Below are positions 8,750 through 17,966 of a stretch of 44,506 bases of DNA, one piece after another (the first letter of the stretch is position 1; each line of letters opens with the position of its first letter). The position numbers and the translations under genes were made by a program. Location of the stretch: assembly GCA_944358145.1 (NCBI GenBank), contig CALVQO010000002.1, positions 1-44,506 on the forward strand. The letters run 5' to 3'. The DNA comes from an uncultured Bacilli bacterium (lineage in GTDB: Bacteria > Bacillota_I > Bacilli_A > RF39 > UBA660). The notes under the pieces were generated by a model. That model worked only from the letters and a program-made list of their open reading frames with translations, ran no database searches and was not told the origin of the DNA.

Positions 8750-9049
8750 ATGAGAACAAAAAGAGTAAAAAGGATTAAGTTATTAAAAGGAGAGAAAATG
8801 ATGGCATTCTTACTCGTTTTCTTTGGCTTTATTGTTGTACCATCAGCATGGGTATATACAAAAGCTTTACTTTCAGAAACCAACATTGAACTAGAAAGAA
8901 TAGAAAGTAAAATAGATTCTCAAAATGATACAAATGAAGCTTTAAGCATGCAAATTGATGAACTAGCTTCTATTGAAAACATTCAAAGTATTGCGAGTGC
9001 AAATGGTTTGTCGTATAATAATAGTAATATTAAAACGATAAATGAATAG
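8750..9049 (+). CDS. ftsL: Cell division protein FtsL-like
   Basis: A 99-aa bitopic protein: basic N-tail, one TM helix (AFLLVFFGFIVVPSAWVY), then a coiled-coil segment. It occupies the conserved slot between rsmH and the PBP gene. Confidence 0.65.
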   Translation: MRTKRVKRIKLLKGEKMMAFLLVFFGFIVVPSAWVYTKALLSETNIELERIESKIDSQNDTNEALSMQIDELASIENIQSIASANGLSYNNSNIKTINE

Positions 9050-9059
9050 GAAGTGAAAT

Positions 9060-11162
9060 ATGAAAAAAAAGAAATCGAGAGTAAAAGTCAATAGATTATT
9101 TATCGGCATCTTTTTTTTCGCTTTTTTATGTGCAATAATAAAACTTGCTTATGTAGCACTTAGTCCCAATGTAGATGGAATGAATCTTACGGAATTCGCT
9201 GATAATAGAAACACAGCTAAAGAAACACTATATGCATCACGGGGAAACATATATGATGTTAATGGTGAAATTTTAGCTAAGAACGTAAACTCTTATACTT
9301 TAGTCGCTTATCTTAGTGAATCAAGAACAACGGATCCTGAAAATCCAAAACATGTAGTGGATAAAGAAGCAACGGCTAAAGCTTTATCCGAAGTATTAGA
9401 TATGGATTATGAATATGCTTTAGCAAGACTAAATGTAGAAGGTGCTTATCAAGTTGAATTTGGTACTGCCGGAAGAGATTTAAGTGAAAATAAAAAAGCA
9501 GAAATAGAAGCACTAGATTTAGATGGAATAGGATTTATCAGTGGTAGTAAAAGATATTATAAGCAAGGTAGAGCAGCATCCTATATTATTGGTTATGCTA
9601 GGATGAATGAGCTTGGTGAAATTGTTGGAGAAATGGGAATTGAATCTTATTATAATGATGAACTAAAAGGTACAAATGGTGAGACCATGTATCAAAAAGA
9701 TGCCTATGGTTATCAAATGGGAGATGCTTATTATACAATAGATCCAGTAAGTGGTAGTGATATATATTTAACCCTAGATTCTCAAATTCAATTAATATTA
9801 GAAGATGTCTTAAATACTTTAGAAGAAAATTATGAATTTGCATGGGCAACATTCACGGTAATGGATGCTAAAACTGGAGCAATAGTAGGAAGTGCTTCTA
9901 GTCCTGATTTTAATCCCAACACTTTAGAAGGACTAACTAACTATGTCAATCCTTTAGTAGGATATACTTATGAACCAGGATCAACAATGAAAATATTTTC
10001 TTGGTTAGCAGCAATGGAAAATGGGGTTTATGATGGTGATGAGACCTTTATGTCAGGAAAAATTGATGTAGCAGGAGCAACAATATATGACTTTAATAAT
10101 GCTGGATGGGGTGAAATTAGTTATGACACAGGTTTTGCTTATTCATCCAATGTTGGTGCTACCAATTTAGCCTTAAAACTAGGAAGTGAAAAATTAAGAA
10201 CATTTTATGAATCATTAGGCTTTGGTTCCAAAACAGGAATTGAACTACCAGGAGAAGAAAGTGGAATATTACGTCTTACTTATGAATCAGAATTAGCCAG
10301 TGCTTCTTTTGGTCAAGGAATAACAACAACACCGATCCAAACTTTACAAGCCCTAAGTGTTTTAACCAATGATGGCGTTATGCTAAAGCCATATATCGTA
10401 GATAAAATTGTTGATGAAAATGGCGAAGTAACTTATGAGGGAGGAAGAACTGAACTAGGTAAAAAAGTATCTAGTGAATCCATTAATAAAGTTTATGAAT
10501 TGATGTATGATGTTGTATACAATGGTTTATCGACAATTTGGCAACCAAACAATGTAACTTTAGCCGGAAAAACAGGAACAGCCCAAATCGCTAGTCCAAC
10601 TGGTGGCTATTTAACAGGAAGCACCAATTATATCCGTTCTTTTGCAGGTATATTTCCTTATGAAAATCCCGAATATATATTATATGTATCAGTAAAACAA
10701 ATTGATGGTGGTTCTAGTGCTGTTGCTAGTGCCGTAAGAAGTGCTGTAGAAAGTATTGCTAATTATGCTAATATTACTAATACTGAATCTGATTTAGATT
10801 TAACGAAAATCATTAATTTAAGCAATTATATGAGTAGTGATGTAGAAACAACGATTAGTGAATTAGAAAAATTAAATTTAAAAGTAATCAAACTAGGAAA
10901 TGGATCTACTGTAATTAATCAATATCCTTTAAAAAATACCAAAGTCCTAGCAGGTAGTAAAGTATTCATTTTAACAGATAATAACGAATATATTATGCCT
11001 GATATAACAGGATGGAGTAGTAGTGAAGTCATGAATTTCTGTAATTTAATTGGACTTAATTTATCTTTTAATGGCTATGGAGTAGTAAGTTCATTTAATT
11101 TACCAGTAGGAGAAATTATTGATTTATCAAAAACCTTAGAAGTAACACTAGAAGCCGTATAA
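9060..11162 (+). CDS. pbpB: Class B penicillin-binding protein (PBP2B/FtsI type) with two PASTA-like repeats
   Basis: N-terminal TM anchor. Transpeptidase motifs STMK (SxxK), SSN (SxN) and KTGTAQ (KTG). Two C-terminal PASTA-like modules of about 60 aa. It lies in the dcw position. Confidence 0.85.
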   Translation: MKKKKSRVKVNRLFIGIFFFAFLCAIIKLAYVALSPNVDGMNLTEFADNRNTAKETLYASRGNIYDVNGEILAKNVNSYTLVAYLSESRTTDPENPKHVVDKEATAKALSEVLDMDYEYALARLNVEGAYQVEFGTAGRDLSENKKAEIEALDLDGIGFISGSKRYYKQGRAASYIIGYARMNELGEIVGEMGIESYYNDELKGTNGETMYQKDAYGYQMGDAYYTIDPVSGSDIYLTLDSQIQLILEDVLNTLEENYEFAWATFTVMDAKTGAIVGSASSPDFNPNTLEGLTNYVNPLVGYTYEPGSTMKIFSWLAAMENGVYDGDETFMSGKIDVAGATIYDFNNAGWGEISYDTGFAYSSNVGATNLALKLGSEKLRTFYESLGFGSKTGIELPGEESGILRLTYESELASASFGQGITTTPIQTLQALSVLTNDGVMLKPYIVDKIVDENGEVTYEGGRTELGKKVSSESINKVYELMYDVVYNGLSTIWQPNNVTLAGKTGTAQIASPTGGYLTGSTNYIRSFAGIFPYENPEYILYVSVKQIDGGSSAVASAVRSAVESIANYANITNTESDLDLTKIINLSNYMSSDVETTISELEKLNLKVIKLGNGSTVINQYPLKNTKVLAGSKVFILTDNNEYIMPDITGWSSSEVMNFCNLIGLNLSFNGYGVVSSFNLPVGEIIDLSKTLEVTLEAV

Positions 11163-11172
11163 AAAGAAAAAA

Positions 11173-11197
11173 CTCACCCATATTAATAATGGGTGAG
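11173..11197. terminator. Hairpin at the end of the dcw fragment
   Basis: CTCACCCA (11173-11180) pairs with TGGGTGAG (11190-11197). The A-run lies 5' on the plus strand, so the U-tract is on the minus-strand side. Directionality is therefore ambiguous. Confidence 0.45.
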
Positions 11198-11445
11198 TAA
11201 AGTGAAAGAAGAAAATAATTATGGAAGAGGCTATACAGAAACGGAAAATTCTTTAGAATACAAAAAGTTTGGTCTGTTAAATGAATATGGCCTAAATATT
11301 GATAGATCAAATAAATGTTATAAAGAAGAAGATATTATTAAGAAGAAATGTAATATTAAAAGGAATAGTGGCAAATAAGCCACTATTTTAATATACTTTT
11401 AAAAAAAAACGTGCTATAATTTTATTATGTTAGGAGTGAAGAAAT

Positions 11446-11913
11446 ATGGAAAATAAATATTATTTAGCTGTTGAAGTAAAACCTAAAAATTATTTTCCAA
11501 TCAATTTATTAGATTTAAAAATATCTAATCATTTTACTACTTCATCATTAGAAGAATTAGATGCTTTTACCTTAAAATTTACCAAAAAAGAAATAATCGA
11601 TTCCATAAAAGAAGCCAATTTATTAGAAATTAATGATACCATGCCTTTAGTAATCATTTATTACGAAAACAAAAATACCCGTAAAATTGACGCATTAACT
11701 AAAGATAACAATTATGATATGTGGGGCCTATTAAACGAAAAAGCATTAGATAAAGTCTTTGTGAATAAAGTAGTAAATTTCTTAAATAAAAAAATAGATC
11801 AGTCTAGTCTAGAAAAAATAAAAAATAGCCAAACTAGAGAAGAGTTTTTAAATCATATTGGTTATTTACCATACTTAATTCAAAGAAAGTTGTATTTATA
11901 TTTATATGAATAG
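11446..11913 (+). CDS. Hypothetical protein (155 aa)
   Basis: RBS AGGAGTGAAG lies before the ATG. It overlaps the recombinase gene by 8 nt. No recognisable motifs. Confidence 0.5.
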   Translation: MENKYYLAVEVKPKNYFPINLLDLKISNHFTTSSLEELDAFTLKFTKKEIIDSIKEANLLEINDTMPLVIIYYENKNTRKIDALTKDNNYDMWGLLNEKALDKVFVNKVVNFLNKKIDQSSLEKIKNSQTREEFLNHIGYLPYLIQRKLYLYLYE

Positions 11914-12793
11914 CTATATTAATTCTTTTCAAGAATATCTAATTCAAGAACTAAATTATTCAACCAAAACAGGAAAGACTTATGTTGAAGCTTTAAAAGA
12001 ATATGAACTATTTTTAAACGAACACCATTATTCTTTTTTATCCATAACCAAAGATATTGCTAATCAATACAAAGCCTATTTAGTACAAAAAGGCTATGAA
12101 AGTAAAACTTCTTCCCTATATTTAAGTGCTGCAAGAACTTTTTATCATTACTTAGTAGAAATAAAAAGTATAGAATTTAATCCTTTTAATTCAATTAAAA
12201 ATCCCAAAGTCCAAAAAAAACTTCCTAATTTTCTAAATCATAGTGAAAGTGAAGCATTATTAGAAATGAACAAAGAAACGAATGATTTAGCATACAGAAA
12301 TGATTTTATCATTGAGTTTTTATATGCAACAGGCTTAAGAGTAAGTGAATTATGCAATATTAAAATAAAAGATATTAGTTTTAGTGAAAAAAAGATTAAA
12401 GTAATGGGAAAAGGAAGTAAAGAACGAATTGTGTTTTATAAAGCATGTGATGAAAATTTATTTAATCATTATTTTAATACAGTTAGACCAAATATATTAA
12501 ATGGTTTATCTAGTGATTATTTATTAGTAAGTAAAACAGGAAAATTAACACCTAGAAGTGTAGAAAAAATAGTGAAAAATTATGCATTTAAAAAAAATAT
12601 CAAAAGTAAAGTAACTCCACATACATTAAGACATACCTTTGCAACAGATTTATTAAATGAAGGAGCTGATATTAGAAGCGTTGGCGAATTATTAGGGCAT
12701 GAATCTTTAAGTACAACTCAAATTTATACTCATGTAACAGCCGATCGATTAAAAAGTGTTTATGAACGCACCCATCCTCGAAGCAAACAATAG
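11906..12793 (+). CDS. Tyrosine recombinase, XerC/XerD family
   Basis: N-terminal SAM-like core-binding region. Catalytic residues appear in ATGLRVSEL (R), TPHTLRHTFAT (HxxR) and LGHESLSTTQIYTHV (H...Y). Confidence 0.8.
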   Translation: MNSYINSFQEYLIQELNYSTKTGKTYVEALKEYELFLNEHHYSFLSITKDIANQYKAYLVQKGYESKTSSLYLSAARTFYHYLVEIKSIEFNPFNSIKNPKVQKKLPNFLNHSESEALLEMNKETNDLAYRNDFIIEFLYATGLRVSELCNIKIKDISFSEKKIKVMGKGSKERIVFYKACDENLFNHYFNTVRPNILNGLSSDYLLVSKTGKLTPRSVEKIVKNYAFKKNIKSKVTPHTLRHTFATDLLNEGADIRSVGELLGHESLSTTQIYTHVTADRLKSVYERTHPRSKQ

Positions 12794-12844
12794 AATATTC
12801 TTTTGTCATTGTAATTTTTACTATTCTATTTTATAATTAGGTAG

Positions 12845-14270
<1,426 letters not shown>

Positions 14271-14311
14271 TATTTTTAATTGTTAAAAATGCGAAAATAG
14301 TAACAAATATA

Positions 14312-14340
14312 TTGATTAATGATTAATAATTTTGTATACT
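14312..14340 (+). promoter_or_regulatory. Strong sigma-A-type promoter with an extended -10
   Basis: TTGATT (14312-14317), a 17-nt spacer ending in TG, then TATACT (14335-14340). Confidence 0.6.
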
Positions 14341-14345
14341 ATATA

Positions 14346-14520
14346 TACACAAGAGCTTATTTGTGTATTTACTTGCCTATACAGCTAAAACCAATTATAT
14401 AATACTATATGATAAATAACTTATTATTAATTAAAAAATTATCAAGTTTAAATTCTAAAACCTATGTATAGGCAAGATGTGAAGCAAGAGTTTTATCCTT
14501 TACACTCTTGCTTTTATTGT
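14346..14520 (+). promoter_or_regulatory. Structured ~170-nt leader or small RNA ending in an intrinsic terminator; class unknown
   Basis: A 5' hairpin TACACAA/TTGTGTA (14346-14367). A perfect 12-bp long-range helix CTTGCCTATACA (14372-14383) with TGTATAGGCAAG (14465-14476). A terminator AAGCAAGAGT (14482-14491) with ACTCTTGCTT (14504-14513) plus a U-rich tail. CAAGAG at 14350-14355 can alternatively pair with CTCTTG at 14505-14510. Confidence 0.5.
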
Positions 14521-14546
14521 TTTATAATATAGTTGAGGTAATACAA

Positions 14547-15263
14547 ATGAATTTAAAAAATATGGTTTGGAATGAAGAAAATTATTTATTATTTTTAGAT
14601 AATTTAAAAAGTATAAGTGAAATTGAATATAAAAAGTTTAGTGAAAAAATTACTTTTACCAAATATGAAATGTTAGGAATAAGACTACCTAAATTAAGAA
14701 ATATTGCTAAAGAAATTAGCAAAGGAAATAGTAAATCTTTTTTAACTGTTGCTAAACATCATTATTATGAAGAAGTTATGATCGAACTATTAGTTTTAGC
14801 AAACATGAAAGAATTAGATGAACTGATGAAATATTTTAATGAATATATATCTTTAATCGATAATTGGGCTTTATGTGATACATTTTGTAATAGTTTAAAA
14901 ATAGTATCTAAGAATAAAGAATATTTCTTAGAAATAATAGATAAACTAGTAAAGAGTAAAAAAACTTATGAGATAAGAGTAGGATTAATCTTATTGTTAT
15001 GCTACTATGTGGAAGAAGAATATTTAGAGTTAATATTCAATGATCTAGATAGCATTAAAAGTGATGAATATTATGTGAATATGGCTGAAGCTTGGCTAGT
15101 TTGTGAAATATTTGTTAAGAATGAAAGTGCAGGCTTAAAATATTTAGAACATAATCAATTAAATAAATTTACCATAAATAAAAGTATTAGTAAAATAAGA
15201 GATAGTTATCGTGTATCAAAAGAAATGAAAGAATATATATTAAAATTTAGGAAAGGGAAATAA
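14547..15263 (+). CDS. DNA alkylation repair protein (AlkD-like HEAT-repeat family)
   Basis: A helical-repeat protein with the ...IDNWALCDTFC... motif typical of the family. ATG 14547 with a GAGGT RBS is preferred, because the track start at 14508 lies inside the terminator. Confidence 0.7.
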   Translation: MNLKNMVWNEENYLLFLDNLKSISEIEYKKFSEKITFTKYEMLGIRLPKLRNIAKEISKGNSKSFLTVAKHHYYEEVMIELLVLANMKELDELMKYFNEYISLIDNWALCDTFCNSLKIVSKNKEYFLEIIDKLVKSKKTYEIRVGLILLLCYYVEEEYLELIFNDLDSIKSDEYYVNMAEAWLVCEIFVKNESAGLKYLEHNQLNKFTINKSISKIRDSYRVSKEMKEYILKFRKGK

Positions 15264-16022
15264 ATGCTTAAAGATACAATTAAAAAAAGAGCAAATTTAA
15301 CCAAAAGACAAGAAAAAATAGAAGAATATTTTATTAATGATGCCATACTTTATACAAATAAACATTTAGAAACATATAAAAAAGATCCTTATTCATTAAA
15401 AGGAAGATATATATGTTCTGATTTAATGAAAAGAACTTTTACTTTTTATAACGAAAATAAACTAGAACATAATGAATTAGACTTTCTAATTCATAACTCA
15501 GCTGCCTCTTTAACCGATGAATTATTCCAAGAAATAGTAATAGATAAAAAAATAAAAGACTGCTTCTTTGTAGCAGGTATTCCTGGAGCAGGCAAATCTT
15601 TTTTTATTCAAACTTTAATTTTTGAAGAAAAAATTTCTCCAACAACAATGATTTATGAAGGAAGCATTATTACTGATACCATTATTGATAAAATAAAGTT
15701 AGCTTTAAAAAATAAGAAAAAAATTCATTTAATCATAATTAATCCAACGCTAAATTTAGCTTATGAAAATATTTTAAATAGGCAAAGAAAAACAGGAAGA
15801 GGAGCAAGCCTAGAAACAATGGCTAATATTTACAGTAATTTATATAATGCAGTAATGAGATTATATCAAATATTTGGAAATGAACTAAATATTAAAATTT
15901 ATAGCAAAACTAAAAATGATGAAATGAAATTATATACCCAAGTTCATGATATTAACCAATTAAAAACTGAAAGTTATGAAGAAGTATTAAAAAAATTAAA
16001 AGAAATTAGGAAGAAAGCATAA
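15264..16022 (+). CDS. P-loop NTPase/kinase-like protein (zeta-toxin/AAA_33-like fold suspected)
   Basis: Walker A GIPGAGKSF at about aa 105, then a hydrophobic strand HLIIINP. Its start abuts the previous stop (TAAATG). The family assignment is weak. Confidence 0.5.
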   Translation: MLKDTIKKRANLTKRQEKIEEYFINDAILYTNKHLETYKKDPYSLKGRYICSDLMKRTFTFYNENKLEHNELDFLIHNSAASLTDELFQEIVIDKKIKDCFFVAGIPGAGKSFFIQTLIFEEKISPTTMIYEGSIITDTIIDKIKLALKNKKKIHLIIINPTLNLAYENILNRQRKTGRGASLETMANIYSNLYNAVMRLYQIFGNELNIKIYSKTKNDEMKLYTQVHDINQLKTESYEEVLKKLKEIRKKA

Positions 16023-16028
16023 CCAAAA

Positions 16029-16502
16029 TTAATTTTCAAAAGGTTTACATACATCTATATATTTTACATAATTAGATGCTTTTTCTAATTCTTGTAAAGA
16101 TAATTTAACAGCACTATTACTAGTTCCAGCAGCAGGATAGACCACATCAAATTCTTTTAAAGAAACATCTAAATATACTTTAACACCATCATTTATCCCA
16201 AAAGGACAAACACCTCCAGCTGAATATCCAATTAAAGATTCCAAACGAGCAAAAGGAATCATTTTTGCTTTGGTACAAAATACTTGTTTAAATTTAGAAT
16301 TATCTATTTTCCTATTTCCAGAAGCAACAATTAATATAGGCTCCTCATGAACGAAAAATGCCATTGTCTTAGCAATCATCGCATCACTACAACCTAAAGC
16401 TTCTGCTGCCTCACTAACTGTTGCTGTACTTATACTAAACTCTATAATATTTTTATCTAATCCCAACTTACTTAAATAATTTCTAGCTTTTTCTAAAGAC
16501 AT
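16029..16502 (-). CDS. YbaK/EbsC-type aminoacyl-tRNA deacylase domain protein
   Basis: ...AKTMAFFV....ILIVASGNRKID..KF..., ...GYSAGGVCPFG.... ATG 16502 with a GGGAGG RBS is preferred over 16517. Confidence 0.7.
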   Translation of the reverse strand: MSLEKARNYLSKLGLDKNIIEFSISTATVSEAAEALGCSDAMIAKTMAFFVHEEPILIVASGNRKIDNSKFKQVFCTKAKMIPFARLESLIGYSAGGVCPFGINDGVKVYLDVSLKEFDVVYPAAGTSNSAVKLSLQELEKASNYVKYIDVCKPFEN

Positions 16503-16780
16503 AAATATACCTCCCATTTAATTTATTTATAACATAATTAGCCTAAAAGTACAAGATTATCTCTTGAATTAAATCAAGAAAATGTTTTAGAACAAAAAAT
16601 AAATAGTTTACACTTTTTTGTTAAATTAAATGAATATTTAAAAATAAAGTTTTAATTTGTGGTAAAATATTTATAGAGAATGGAGGTAATGGTGCACTAA
16701 AAAGTAGATAATAAAACAATAATGAATTTTAAAGTCCAAATTTAGTAGAAAACATTAGTAAAGAAAAGGAGAGTGAAAGA

Positions 16781-17953
16781 ATGTTAAAAACAAAAGTTGG
16801 ATACAGTGAAAATGTAGATGCATACACTTCAGGTGTAGAAACAGCAAAAATGGCAAATGTAATTGAAAATCCTCAAGTTGGATTATTTTTTACAAGTTGC
16901 GTTCAAGATCAAGAAAAATTAATGGAAGGTGCAAAAAGCGTTTTAGGAGATGTGCCTATTATTGGATGTACTTCATCAGCAGCATTATGTACTCATGATG
17001 GATATTTAAATAAAGAAACAGGATATTCAGGAATGATGCTTTTTGGTGGCGATGTTGAAGTAGTTACCGCTGGCTCTAAAAAAACAGATGAAACACCAAG
17101 AGAAATTGGTAAACGTATTGCTGAAGAAGCAGTAAGTAAACTAAAAGGAAAAGATGTAGAACCAGATTTCTTCTTTATGAGTGCAAGTCCTGCAAACGAA
17201 GAAGAATACATGAAGGGTATTCAAGATGTAATTGGTAATATTCCTGTATTTGGTGGTTCTGCAGCAGATAACACCGTTGAAGGAAAATGGAGTATCTTAA
17301 ATGATGGTGAATGTTTTGCCGATGGTTGTGTAATTGCTATTTTCTATACAAATGGTGAAATGAAAAATCTTTATACAGGCGCTTATCACGAAACAGAACA
17401 TGCTGGTATTATTACAAAAGTAGAAGGAAGTAGAACTTTAGTTGAAATTGACCATGAACCAGCACTTAAAAAATATGCTGAATGGACTGGTAAAGATGTA
17501 GATTCATTAATGGGAGGAAATCTTCTTACTGAAACAATTTGTGCACCTTTAGGAGTAAAAGATCCTATTGGCAAAGTAACCGCTGTTCGTCACCCAATGG
17601 CAGGTAACCCTGATTATTCTATGAATATTGGTGCTGACTTAGCTGAAAATACAGCCGTTATATTGTTAAAAAATTCTCCAGAAGGAATTTTAAAAGCCAA
17701 TGAAGAAACCATTTCAAAAGTAAATGAATTAATGGAAGGAGAAATACAAAGTTATTTCTTAGTTCACTGTGGTGGACGTAGACTAGGTCTTGCTCTAGCA
17801 AGTATTGAAGATAAAATTTATCCAGAAGTTAAGAAGGCTATTCCAGATAAAGAATTCTTAATGGTATTTACCTTTGGAGAATATGGTGAAGGTGATCATT
17901 CATCTAACACTGTTGGTGGATTATCACTATCATACACAGCATTTGGAGAATAA
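16781..17953 (+). CDS. FIST-domain protein (FIST_N + FIST_C sensor-like)
   Basis: A two-lobed 390-aa protein with ...IIGCTSSAA... in the N half and ...FLVHCGGRRL... in the C half, as in stand-alone FIST proteins. RBS AAAGGAGAG. Moderate certainty. Confidence 0.65.
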   Translation: MLKTKVGYSENVDAYTSGVETAKMANVIENPQVGLFFTSCVQDQEKLMEGAKSVLGDVPIIGCTSSAALCTHDGYLNKETGYSGMMLFGGDVEVVTAGSKKTDETPREIGKRIAEEAVSKLKGKDVEPDFFFMSASPANEEEYMKGIQDVIGNIPVFGGSAADNTVEGKWSILNDGECFADGCVIAIFYTNGEMKNLYTGAYHETEHAGIITKVEGSRTLVEIDHEPALKKYAEWTGKDVDSLMGGNLLTETICAPLGVKDPIGKVTAVRHPMAGNPDYSMNIGADLAENTAVILLKNSPEGILKANEETISKVNELMEGEIQSYFLVHCGGRRLGLALASIEDKIYPEVKKAIPDKEFLMVFTFGEYGEGDHSSNTVGGLSLSYTAFGE

Positions 17954-17966
17954 AGGAGGAATGTAA

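Noticed and set aside
11906-12793. Xer-type recombinase as the integrase of an integrated element spanning the neighbouring genes
   Set aside because: No flanking direct repeats, no tRNA target and no cargo typical of mobile elements. The neighbours (tgt, PBP) are core genes.
14410-14472. 20-codon ORF (MINNLLLIKKLSSLNSKTYV*) inside the leader as a possible attenuation leader peptide
   Set aside because: There is no Shine-Dalgarno sequence upstream and no enrichment of any regulatory codon. In AT-rich sequence this probably arose by chance.
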